A DNA stretch of 59,763 nt, the filler included, from an uncultured Methanosarcinales archaeon (GTDB lineage: Archaea > Nanobdellota > Nanobdellia > Woesearchaeales > CAYSVS01): the NCBI GenBank assembly GCA_964589485.1. It is 3 parts of 3 records of this genome, joined end to end, with 100 filler letters (N's around TTAATTAATTAA, not from the genome) between each part and the next. Parts side by side here need not be neighbours in the genome. Positions count along the whole stretch, not along the records: positions 1 to 30,786 come from CAZPRK010000014.1; 2 more parts are not named here. One strand, given 5' to 3'. Below, one piece after another: positions 1-8,990 of this stretch. A model generated the notes under the pieces. The model was not told the origin of the DNA and did not search any database. It saw only the letters and a program-made list of their open reading frames with translations. Numbering within the stretch: the first letter of the stretch is position 1; each line of letters begins with the position of its first letter. The position numbers and the translations under genes were made by a program.

Positions 1-1512
1 TTCTATCAAGTCTTGGACCACAACGTTCAGTTGCATTAATCCATTCACAAGGCATATACCAAGGTGGTCCTGAAATTTTTATACATAAACTATCATCAAT
101 ATAAGCATTATAGTCTTCACAAAATGCAGCTCCTTCAGGAGGTTCTTCAACTTCAGTATAACAATTAGTACTGAATTTATTAGTACTACATGAACTTCCT
201 TGCCAACTACAACAAGTATCAAGTAAAGCAATAGTATTACATAAATTTGAATGATTTAAAGAAGTACAATTAATTTCATTAGTTGGCATTATTGATAAAT
301 TTGTTAAACATGTATTATTAGTACCCCAATAACATCCTGTAGTTACATTACAAGCAGTTTCATTTCTATCAAATATATAACATCCTGGATTCCATGCATT
401 ATGGATTGTATCTATATTCAAATCAGCAGGATCTTGACAAGTTTGTGAAGTTTCATTCCATACTCCAAAAGAATCATAACAAGATTTTTCATTTCCTCCA
501 ATGGAGCCATATGTATTTGTTGCTGAAAAATTCTCCCAACAATAATTATTACTTGATTCCCAAACACAATTTGGTACACTTGCACTATTATTTTCACAAT
601 CAGTTTCGTTTGTATTGTCATAACTCCAACACCTAGTTTCTTCACACCATCCTGATACATCTGAAACTTCCCAAAAACATCCTGATTTAGATTGACAACC
701 ATCTTGAGTATTTGCACTCCAACAATCGTTAGAAGAACATTGAGATTTTGATGAATCCCAAGTACAATCTAAACTTAAAGTATTATTTTGACAATTAGTT
801 GAATTAGTATTACTTAAATCCCAACAAGTTGGAGTTGTACAATAATTTCCAGAAGAACTCCAAGTACAATTATTTGATGTACATCCACTTGAATTAGTAT
901 AGCTCCAACAACCAGTTTCTTGACAATATGAATATTGAGTATTCCAAGTACAAGCTTTTTTATTTGACCCGGTTGCGGATTCACAATTTGACTGCGTTGA
1001 TTGATCCCAACAACCTACTTCATCACATCTTCCCCAACTACAACCAGAAACTTCAGAACATGCAGATTGATTTTGATAAGACCAACAATTTTTATTCCAC
1101 GGTCCTACACAAGGATTATCAAATGCACTTGAACTAAAAGTATCAATCCAATTACAATTTAAATTTTCAGCATTACTTTCACATGCAGTTTCATTTGTTC
1201 CATCATAACTCCAACAATTGGTTTTCATACACCATCCTGTTGAAGAAGAAGTTCGCCAATTACAAGTTTTATTTATATAAGTTGAAGAAGAAGTATTTGA
1301 TGCTTGTTGACAAGAAGTTTGTGTCCATTGGTTCCAACAACCTTTTTCTTCACACCATGATCCCCAAAAATCATCTTTCCATTGACAAGATGTATCAGCA
1401 ACACAAGTTGATTCTGAATCTAAACTCCAACAATCTACTGCAGAAACCATACTAGAAAATAATATTATTAAAGAAAAAAAAATACACTTTTAAAAATATG
1501 ATTAAATCTCAA
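1..1512 (-). CDS. Large secreted/surface Cys-Trp repeat protein (3' end outside window; signal peptide frameshifted at an A9 run)
   Basis: The frame from ATG 1450 to the window edge reads MVSAVDCWSLDSESTCVADTSCQWKDDFWGSWCEEKGCWNQW...CGPRLDR, with many C-W-x(n)-C-x(n)-C-x-W repeats and no stop seen. An upstream TTG at 1512 with a GGGGTG SD gives MRFNHIFKSVFFF in another frame. Confidence 0.8.
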
Positions 1513-1640
1513 ATCAACACCCCGTTTTAATTTAGCAAATAAAGTTTTAATGATTTAAATACTTTTGGATTTGAAATAATTTAATATATTATTGATTATT
1601 TAATAACAAATAATATATATAACTAGTTTAAGTTGAAACA

Positions 1641-1655
1641 CCAAAACTTTATAAA
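1641..1655 (+). promoter_or_regulatory. Archaeal BRE/TATA promoter for tRNA-Leu
   Basis: CCAAAAC-TTTATAAA about 25 nt upstream of the tRNA 5' end. Confidence 0.6.
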
Positions 1656-1680
1656 TAATGTATTTTTCTTTTGGAGTTAT

Positions 1681-1826
1681 GTGAGGGTTGCAGAGTCTGG
1701 TCAAATGCGCAGGAAAGGATTATTCCTTTGCGAAACTTAAGACCAGACGTCCATAGTGGACACTTACTTTGAAGTAAGATATCCTGTCCCTTAGTGGGTC
1801 CGGGGGTTCGAATCCCCTCCCTCACA
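1681..1826 (+). tRNA. tRNA-Leu(TAA) with two introns (1714-1734 at 30/31; 1742-1780 at 37/38)
   Basis: Acceptor GTGAGGG/CCCTCAC-A, D arm, anticodon stem CAGGA/TCCTG, long variable arm and GGTTCGAATCC. Removing two BHB-like inserts restores the CT-TAA-GA loop. Confidence 0.88.
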
Positions 1827-1868
1827 TTACTCGAATAAGGTCATCGGAAATGCGCAATTACTAGGGCC

Positions 1869-2579
1869 TTATTCTTTTTCCATCCTCTTAACACAATATT
1901 CCATTATAGGTTTTAAATTAAGAATATCCTCGTCGTTATACTCCACTAACTTTTTTAAATATTCTTGATTACCTGAAGCTTTCCATGTCCTCCATAAATC
2001 AGCAGGACTACCGTATAAATAATCAGGTCTATTCAAATTTAACTTTTTTTCAATTTCTTTTAATCCACCTTTAAGTCCAACTCTCCAACATAAAGATTTT
2101 AAATCAATATGAACAATATGTGGAAACTTTTGAAAGAATTTTTTTAGTTTTGGCAAATCATAACTACTCCCATTAAAAGTAATTAAAATTTTATATTTAG
2201 ATAATTCTAGATATAATAGAGCATAATCTAAATTAATTCCTTGAACTAAAGTTTTTGTTTCGTAATTATTACATAACCCTATTATATTAATATCTCCTTC
2301 AATATCAAGATAACAACATTCATCCTTAAAATAATCAAATAACCTCCATAATTGTACTGGTTTTAAACAATTTAAAAAATAACTAGCATTATTCTTTTGA
2401 AATAATTGCTTTTTTGCTTCAAATAACAAATGATTGTAATAAATTTTCTTTTTTTGAGAAATTCCCTTTATATTACTTGTAGATAAAAAATCATCCCAAC
2501 CTTTAATACCTTGACTCCAAATTAATTTTTCTTTTCCATTTGATATTCCTGGAAGAATAATGAATGAATTTGAAATCAT
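1869..2579 (-). CDS. YprB-like RNase H-fold (DEDD) exonuclease
   Basis: YLDIE, ITFNGSSYDLP, HIDL, GGLKEIEKKL and YNDED motifs. Confidence 0.85.
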   Translation of the reverse strand: MISNSFIILPGISNGKEKLIWSQGIKGWDDFLSTSNIKGISQKKKIYYNHLLFEAKKQLFQKNNASYFLNCLKPVQLWRLFDYFKDECCYLDIEGDINIIGLCNNYETKTLVQGINLDYALLYLELSKYKILITFNGSSYDLPKLKKFFQKFPHIVHIDLKSLCWRVGLKGGLKEIEKKLNLNRPDYLYGSPADLWRTWKASGNQEYLKKLVEYNDEDILNLKPIMEYCVKRMEKE

Positions 2580-2890
2580 AACCTTACCTTTCTATAAAAA
2601 TCATAATAAGAATAAATTTGATTATTCACATTTCTAATATCAATCCTATTTCTTATGTTTAACATTCGCTTCATATATCTTATATTAGTACAATTTTTAA
2701 AAATCATATCTTAATTTAAATAAAACTTCTTTAAATATCTCACGCGCACCTGTCCAGTGACCAGTGCTTAATATAATATATAATATATTTAGATTAAACA
2801 AAATTACAAAAAACAGATGTATATACGAACAATTTAAAAAGGAGAAAAGTGATTAATACTTAAAACAAATAAAAAAAAAGGTGATATTTA

Positions 2891-3091
2891 ATGGCAAGAA
2901 AAAAAGCAAGAGCTACAAGAGCATCAAGTAGCAGTTGTGGACAAGCACACAAGCTATTCACAATATTGATGTTCATATTCGCTCTATTATGGGTTGGTGA
3001 ATCTTTTGCATGGTGGGCATTAGGATGGCCGTACTTTCCGTTGATTGTATTAGTACTATCAATTGGTGGTCTAGAAAAATTACATCGTTAG
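2891..3091 (+). CDS. Small membrane protein with basic N-terminus
   Basis: AGGTGA SD, two hydrophobic segments. Confidence 0.7.
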   Translation: MARKKARATRASSSSCGQAHKLFTILMFIFALLWVGESFAWWALGWPYFPLIVLVLSIGGLEKLHR

Positions 3092-3115
3092 TCTATTATT
3101 AGTTCAATAGACTAA
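3088..3115 (+). terminator. Stem-loop at the 3' end of the small membrane protein gene
   Basis: TTAGTCTATT-8 nt-AATAGACTAA, a perfect 10-bp inverted repeat between convergent genes. Confidence 0.3.
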
Positions 3116-3276
3116 TTCTAGCATTATAAAAAATAAAAAAAAGCTAGGGGATAACAAACCAATTATTCCCTTAAATTTTTTTAAAACAAAACACTTATTT
3201 CTTTTGAATTCATAATTTGAGCATATAAGAATAAATCTCTATCTATTTAGTGTAAAGACAATAGAATACATAAAAA

Positions 3277-3918
3277 TCATTCTGCTTTCTGATCAATATA
3301 TCCCTTAAACAATAAACTTCCCATTGAAGAAATCTTAATTAAAACATTCTTATTTTGTTCCTTTACTTCAACTAACCTAAACTCTTTTAATCCTTTATAC
3401 TTAAAATTCCCATTAATATGATATGAAGCCAAAGATAAAGACATTTTCAAATTCTTAGATAAATCTTGCAATGAAACCCAATCTTTACCTTCTAATTCCT
3501 TCAATATTTTTAATTTTGTTTCACTTAATTCATTATAATAAGATAATTTCATTATTGGAAGTAACATACATTTATTTCCTACAACACCTATTGACTTTAA
3601 TCCATTTGCAAATGCAGCTGATAAAGCAGCACAAGTTGACATCCTATCACCAGTGGCTACATTTACTATTATTTCATCATTTTTGTAAATTGAACATACT
3701 TTACCAAAAACTCTAAACATTTCTTCCATTAAATTTTCTCCAATTTGAATTATTTCCGAATCAATTGTAAATTGATCTAAATTTTTCTGCAACTCTTTTG
3801 CATCTTTCAAATATTCATCAGGAGTAACCAAAATAACTTTTTCTGTTGGAAAATCTTTCATTCCAACGAATAATGCTTTTGTATTATCTCCAACTGGTGC
3901 TAATATTATATATCCCAT
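3277..3918 (-). CDS. CARF-like + winged-HTH transcriptional regulator (Csa3/DUF6293-like)
   Basis: N-terminal Rossmann-like domain (IILAPVG...VNVATGDRM) and C-terminal wHTH (SLQDLSKNLKMSLSLASYH). Confidence 0.7.
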   Translation of the reverse strand: MGYIILAPVGDNTKALFVGMKDFPTEKVILVTPDEYLKDAKELQKNLDQFTIDSEIIQIGENLMEEMFRVFGKVCSIYKNDEIIVNVATGDRMSTCAALSAAFANGLKSIGVVGNKCMLLPIMKLSYYNELSETKLKILKELEGKDWVSLQDLSKNLKMSLSLASYHINGNFKYKGLKEFRLVEVKEQNKNVLIKISSMGSLLFKGYIDQKAE

Positions 3919-4026
3919 AATTTATTTAAAGCAGAAATACTTTATAAAAGTTTAGTTTTGATGTTCAAAGTTTATTTTGAAGTTAATAACGAAAAAATAT
4001 ATAAGCTAGAAAACATTCGAATGGTT

Positions 4027-4572
4027 ATGAAAAAAGCAATACTATTTTTAATCGCATTAACAGTTGTTATTGCAGGATGTTCAGATAAAACAGAACAGAC
4101 AACAAATACGCATCAACAAACTAATAATGACCAAGTATACGGTTTAGAAATAGGCAATACAGTTCCTGATATTTCTATAACAACAATAGATGGAGAGAAC
4201 ATACATTTATCACAATTAACAGGTAAGCCAACAATAGTTTACTTTTTTGCATCATGGTGTCCTCATTGTAGAAATGATTTTAATGCAGTTAAAGAGATAT
4301 ATAATGATTATAAGGACGATATTAATTTTATAGCAATTGATCTAGACACTAAAGAAAGCGCAGAACATATTAGAAATTATAAAAAACAATTTAAAGGTAT
4401 AGAAAATATTATTTTTGCTCCAGGCCACAAAGATATTTTAACTCAATTTGAAGTAAGATATACAACAACAAAATATGCTTTAGCAAAAGGCCAAAAATTA
4501 ATGTATAAAGGAAGCGGTGAAATTACACCACAACAATGGCGTACTTTATTTGAGGCAATGAAGGATGCTTGA
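4027..4572 (+). CDS. TlpA/ResA-like thiol-disulfide oxidoreductase lipoprotein
   Basis: Lipobox IAGC and FFASWCPHC. Start moved from 3958 to the signal-peptide Met. Confidence 0.85.
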   Translation: MKKAILFLIALTVVIAGCSDKTEQTTNTHQQTNNDQVYGLEIGNTVPDISITTIDGENIHLSQLTGKPTIVYFFASWCPHCRNDFNAVKEIYNDYKDDINFIAIDLDTKESAEHIRNYKKQFKGIENIIFAPGHKDILTQFEVRYTTTKYALAKGQKLMYKGSGEITPQQWRTLFEAMKDA

Positions 4573-5200
4573 TTTAATTTTTATTTTTTATTCATTTACT
4601 TTAGGAATTGCTGCTTTTTTTTCTCCATGCTCAGTTGGAATGCTTCCTGGGTATATAACATATTATTTAAGTAAAAATGAAAGTCAAAACAAATTAAAAG
4701 ATAGTTTAATCTTTGGTTTGTTTGCAATATTAGGTTTCTTCACAATCTTTGGTTTAGCAGGAATTATTTTAATTTATATAGGACAAATATTAAGACAATA
4801 CTTTCCTATTTTTAGTTTTATTACTGGAATTTTAGTAACTTTATTTGGAATTAGTATGTTAATAGGAAAAGAAATTAAAATTAACATACCTCAGTTTAAA
4901 GGAGATAGAAGTTCATATATTTTTGGAATTGCATATGCAATGGGAGCATTAGGGTGTACTTTCCCTTTGTTTGCAACTGTTATCTTTGAAGCTTCTAATT
5001 CAAATTTTATTAACGGATTATTAATTCTATTATCATACATCATAGGAATAAGTTTATTAATGTTAATAACTTCTATTTTAGTTGTATTTTCTAGAAAATT
5101 ATTACAGGAAAAAATTAATTATGCAATCCCAATCATTAAAAAAATAAGTGCAATAATTTTAATTATTGCTGGGTTGTATATGGCTTGGTTGCATTATTAA
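4565..5200 (+). CDS. ccdA: CcdA/DsbD-like transmembrane disulfide reductase
   Basis: FFSPCSVGMLP and LGCTFP motifs, about 6 TM helices, overlaps the redoxin gene. Confidence 0.85.
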   Translation: MLDLIFIFYSFTLGIAAFFSPCSVGMLPGYITYYLSKNESQNKLKDSLIFGLFAILGFFTIFGLAGIILIYIGQILRQYFPIFSFITGILVTLFGISMLIGKEIKINIPQFKGDRSSYIFGIAYAMGALGCTFPLFATVIFEASNSNFINGLLILLSYIIGISLLMLITSILVVFSRKLLQEKINYAIPIIKKISAIILIIAGLYMAWLHY

Positions 5201-5623
5201 TTTTAAACCAGCATATAGAGCAAAAGCAACAACTAAACTTCCAAATAATAAGTTATTAAAATCATCTTCAATCATAAACTGGAATTTTGCATCTTCTACT
5301 TTAGACTTTGAAACTTCTACTAACTGAGACATGTACAAATCACTTCTATATCCTTGTTTGTAAAGCATACTTTGTACAGTTAAGTTATTAGATAAATCAC
5401 ATAAAGATGGAATTTCAGTTCTTTCACAAAGATCATTTGTTAAAGTTCCTAAATTTAAAAGTCCACTTTCATAGTTTTGTTTTTCAGCTACTAATCCAAA
5501 GCTATCTAAAGTATTTTGAAAAGCAATTTTAGTTGGCTTAGATTCATAATAGGTTTCAGTAACTGTACTAAACCCTAAAAATCCAAGTGTAACTGTCCCA
5601 TAAACTATTTTTAAATCTACCAT
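5159..5623 (-). CDS. Hypothetical membrane-anchored protein
   Basis: 154-aa ORF with N- and C-terminal hydrophobic segments. Confidence 0.55.
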   Translation of the reverse strand: MVDLKIVYGTVTLGFLGFSTVTETYYESKPTKIAFQNTLDSFGLVAEKQNYESGLLNLGTLTNDLCERTEIPSLCDLSNNLTVQSMLYKQGYRSDLYMSQLVEVSKSKVEDAKFQFMIEDDFNNLLFGSLVVAFALYAGLKLIMQPSHIQPSNN

Positions 5624-5674
5624 TATAATATATAGAATAGAAAGAATATTTAAAAAAATAACTTAAAAAAAGCT

Positions 5675-6259
5675 CTATTGAGCTTCCTCAAACCTTTTTA
5701 CAACAACCTCCCAATCAACTGCAGAAATAAATGCATTAATGTATGCAGCTCTATCCATGTCATAATCCATGATAAATGCATGTTCAAATACATCCATAAC
5801 TAACAAAGGAACAGCTCCACCTAAGTGACCAACGTCATGTTCATTTATCCAAACATTGAACAACTTTTTTTCTTGAGGATCATAAGCCATAATTACCCAA
5901 CCAATTCCTCTCATTTTACCAGTTGCTACAAAATCGTCATGACATCCTTGACCTGTTCCAAAAGTTTCAACCATTAATTTCATTAAAGGATGATCATCTG
6001 GAAGTTTTTTTTGTTCTTTATTCATATTACCAAAATAAAGTTCATGTAATCTCATTCCGTTAAATTCCCATCCAAATCTTCTTTTAACTTCTGCCCATTC
6101 TGGGCTTCCTGGAGTTAAACTTTTCATTAATTCCATTGCTTTGTTTGTATTAACAACATAACCAGAATATAGTTTAAAATGAGTTTGTAGTAATTTATCA
6201 CTAAACCCTGTTGTTCCTAATAATGAACTAAAATCTTTTTCTTCATACATACTAAACAC
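5675..6259 (-). CDS. sod: Fe/Mn superoxide dismutase
   Basis: Metal-ligand motifs THFKLY, RLHELYF and DVFEHAF. Confidence 0.93.
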   Translation of the reverse strand: MFSMYEEKDFSSLLGTTGFSDKLLQTHFKLYSGYVVNTNKAMELMKSLTPGSPEWAEVKRRFGWEFNGMRLHELYFGNMNKEQKKLPDDHPLMKLMVETFGTGQGCHDDFVATGKMRGIGWVIMAYDPQEKKLFNVWINEHDVGHLGGAVPLLVMDVFEHAFIMDYDMDRAAYINAFISAVDWEVVVKRFEEAQ

Positions 6260-6260
6260 C

Positions 6261-6824
6261 TCACAATTTTCCTACTAAATCTAAACCTGGTTTAAGAGTT
6301 TCTTCTCCAGGTTTCCAATTCATAGGACAAACTTGTCCTTCGTTCTTTGATACGAATATAGTAGCTTCTAATTTTCTCAATAGTTCTGCACTACTTCTTC
6401 CAATACTATTATCGTGTAATTCAAAAGCTTTTACTAATCCTTCTGGATCAATAATAAAAGTTCCTCTTAGACTTAATCCTTCTTCTTCAATTAAAGTTCC
6501 ATAATTTCTACATACAGATAATGTAGGATCAGCTAACATTGGAAACTTAATTTTTCTAATAGTTTCACTTGCATCATGCCATGCTTTGTGAACAAAAGCT
6601 GTATCTGTTGAAACTGAAATAACTTCTGCTCCCATTTCTTTAATTTTTTCATAACTTGCAGCTAATTCTCCTAACTCAGTAGGACAAACAAATGTAAAAT
6701 CTGCAGGATAGAAAAACAAAACAACCCATTTTCCTTTATAGTTAGATAAACTTATTTTTTTAACTTCACCTTCTACAAATGCATCTGCATTAAAGTCTGG
6801 TGCTTCTTCATTAATTCTTACCAT
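6261..6824 (-). CDS. ahpC: 2-Cys peroxiredoxin AhpC
   Basis: FYPADFTFVCPTE and C-terminal VCP motifs. Confidence 0.95.
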   Translation of the reverse strand: MVRINEEAPDFNADAFVEGEVKKISLSNYKGKWVVLFFYPADFTFVCPTELGELAASYEKIKEMGAEVISVSTDTAFVHKAWHDASETIRKIKFPMLADPTLSVCRNYGTLIEEEGLSLRGTFIIDPEGLVKAFELHDNSIGRSSAELLRKLEATIFVSKNEGQVCPMNWKPGEETLKPGLDLVGKL

Positions 6825-6934
6825 TGTAACATACCTCCTATATAATTTAAAGAAAATGTAGCTTTATTTTAAAGTTTACTATTGTTAACAAGATAAGCAG
6901 ATGAAGAAAACTGGAAAAAATGGGCAGAAAAACT

Positions 6935-7162
6935 TTAACCCAAAGCTTTTTCAATTGCCTCAGCATCAAACCCAACAATAACTTTATCATTAACAACAAT
7001 TACTGGAACTCCCATTTGACCAGATTTATCAATCATTTCTTTTTGAGCTTTTTCATCAGATGAAACATCATGATCTGTAAAATCTACTTTTTTTTCTCCT
7101 AAATATTCTTTTACTTTTTTACACCAAGGACATGTTGGCGTAGAATATACAATTACACTCAT
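6935..7162 (-). CDS. Glutaredoxin-like protein (YruB/NrdH-like)
   Basis: YSTPTCPWC, SGQMGVPV and VGFD motifs. Confidence 0.92.
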   Translation of the reverse strand: MSVIVYSTPTCPWCKKVKEYLGEKKVDFTDHDVSSDEKAQKEMIDKSGQMGVPVIVVNDKVIVGFDAEAIEKALG

Positions 7163-7172
7163 TTCTTATCAC

Positions 7173-7796
7173 CTATTTCAATACTTTATTTGTTTTCAAA
7201 TACCAAACATAAAAATCTAATTCATCTAAATTCATATTTACTTTCTCAGACAATGATTTAAACTTATCTTCAATTTGTAAATACATATTTTTATTTAATG
7301 ATTTGGGTTTTTCATTTAATAAACCATGTTCAACCATCATATTAATAATATGTCGATCCAATATTGCTAAATTTTCATAACCAATATTCCTCATAAAATG
7401 ACTCGCTTCTTTATACCCAAGTCCTTTTATATTTTTTACAAGCCATTCTCTTGCTTCTATTTCTTCCATCGGTTGAATTATATCTTTAATATTAATAAAA
7501 TGTCTAGCACCAACAATATACTTTGCTTTATTGTTATGAAATCTATGTTTATTTTTAATTATACAATTTCTAACTTCATCTTCAGATGCATTAATGAACC
7601 CATCTTCTTTTAATTCTTCCTGAATATTTATTGCAGTTTGAGCTTTCGAATTAGCAGTCAGTAAACAAAAACAAAGTTCAGAAAACCATCTATTATTATC
7701 ACTTTCATGAACTTTTTTAAAATCACTCAATCTTGAATCTATAACATTCTTAATTTCAGTAGTTCTTAATTTTTCTATATCTTTTATTAATTTCAT
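7173..7796 (-). CDS. ogg: 8-oxoguanine DNA glycosylase/AP lyase (Ogg2 type)
   Basis: ELCFCLLTAN, HRFHN, KGLGYKEASHFMRN, AILDRHI and a C-terminal Lys. Confidence 0.93.
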   Translation of the reverse strand: MKLIKDIEKLRTTEIKNVIDSRLSDFKKVHESDNNRWFSELCFCLLTANSKAQTAINIQEELKEDGFINASEDEVRNCIIKNKHRFHNNKAKYIVGARHFINIKDIIQPMEEIEAREWLVKNIKGLGYKEASHFMRNIGYENLAILDRHIINMMVEHGLLNEKPKSLNKNMYLQIEDKFKSLSEKVNMNLDELDFYVWYLKTNKVLK

Positions 7797-8434
7797 CTTG
7801 TTGTTTCAACACCAATTCTAGGACATTCATGCTCAATTGGACATTTACTACAATGGGGGCTAATAGGCCTGCACAAATTTTGACCAAATGCAACAAATAT
7901 ACTATTAAAAGTTATCCAATAACTTTCAGGTAATTTCTTTCTTAACTCCATTTCAGTTTCATATGGAGTTTTTGTTTCAACATACCCCAATCTATTCATT
8001 ATCCTATGAACATGTATGTCAACACATATTGCTGGTTTTTTGAAAGCAATTGCAACAACTAAATTTGCAGTTTTTCTTCCTACTCCTGGAAGTGTAACCA
8101 AATCATCAATATTATTTGGAACTCCATTAAACTGTTTTAATGCATCTGGCAATTGCTTTAAATATTTTGCTTTGTTTTGATAAAAACCAACAGGATAAAT
8201 TAAATCTTGAATTTCTTTTTCAGAGAATTTTTCTAAATCTTCAGGTATATTTATTTTTGCAAATAACCTTTTACAAACTTCAGCAGTTGTTTCATCTTTA
8301 GTTCTAGCACTTAATATTGTTGCAATAAGAACTTTAAAAGGGTCTTCTGTTTGAATTTCAATTAAATCAACAACTGGGACATTATAATTAACAACTTCTT
8401 TTTTTAGAATTTTGTAGACGTTGTCAATATTCAT
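7793..8434 (-). CDS. nth: Endonuclease III
   Basis: HhH motif LPGVGRKTAN, VDIHV, and Fe-S motif C-x6-C-x2-C-x5-C. Confidence 0.95.
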   Translation of the reverse strand: MNIDNVYKILKKEVVNYNVPVVDLIEIQTEDPFKVLIATILSARTKDETTAEVCKRLFAKINIPEDLEKFSEKEIQDLIYPVGFYQNKAKYLKQLPDALKQFNGVPNNIDDLVTLPGVGRKTANLVVAIAFKKPAICVDIHVHRIMNRLGYVETKTPYETEMELRKKLPESYWITFNSIFVAFGQNLCRPISPHCSKCPIEHECPRIGVETTR

Positions 8435-8553
8435 CCACGGCCCCTACACTTCCCTGTACATAAACTACATCCACCACCGCATCCTTCTTTTCTAGAATAA
8501 GATATAGTAGAATTAGGTGTATACAACTCTTGACTTGAGCTAGTGTATTCCAT
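8431..8553 (-). CDS. 40-aa Cys/Gly-rich micro-protein
   Basis: MEYTSSSQELYTPNSTISYSRKEGCGGGCSLCTGKCRGRG. Its TGA overlaps the nth ATG (ATGA coupling). Confidence 0.6.
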   Translation of the reverse strand: MEYTSSSQELYTPNSTISYSRKEGCGGGCSLCTGKCRGRG

Positions 8554-8554
8554 T

Positions 8555-8635
8555 TTATTTACTTTGATACATTATTTCTTGTTGACTATCGCCACGTTCT
8601 AAAGGTTGTTTTAATCTTCCATCATATCCACACAT
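8555..8635 (-). CDS. 26-aa micro-protein
   Basis: MCGYDGRLKQPLERGDSQQEIMYQSK, AGGTGA SD, stop 1 nt before the next ATG. Confidence 0.55.
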   Translation of the reverse strand: MCGYDGRLKQPLERGDSQQEIMYQSK

Positions 8636-8640
8636 TTACA

Positions 8641-8724
8641 TCACCTTCTATATCCTAATTCTCCGCCTCTTTCATACATTGGAGTTGAACTAGGTATATA
8701 ACCTTGATTTATACTATTGTACAT
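8641..8724 (-). CDS. 27-aa micro-protein
   Basis: MYNSINQGYIPSSTPMYERGGELGYRR, starts 2 nt after the previous stop. Confidence 0.5.
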   Translation of the reverse strand: MYNSINQGYIPSSTPMYERGGELGYRR

Positions 8725-8726
8725 TT

Positions 8727-8819
8727 CTACTTACTCTCATAACTATCTATAATATTTTTTAAAGCTTGGTCCATTTTACCATATGCTTCTTCATCTGAAT
8801 CTCCACCATAATTTACCAT
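8727..8819 (-). CDS. 30-aa micro-protein
   Basis: MVNYGGDSDEEAYGKMDQALKNIIDSYESK, GGAGGT SD 8 nt upstream, TTTATATA box near 8860-8868. Confidence 0.6.
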   Translation of the reverse strand: MVNYGGDSDEEAYGKMDQALKNIIDSYESK

Positions 8820-8990
8820 TTTAACATACCTCCGTATATCATTAATCCATTCAATGTAAATATATAAACCTTTCGCACAAAACATGACTTTTAAGTCTCA
8901 GTAATAAATTAAAACCACAGTTTATCTTCAATATAGAAAATAATAAAAAAAACCAGTTAATATTTTATATTACTAACACAAAACAAAAAT

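Noticed and set aside
394..1455. ORF-track ORFs 394..636, 418..717, 928..1137 and 1183..1455
   Set aside because: They are shadow or off-frame ORFs of the long minus-strand Cys/Trp-repeat gene.
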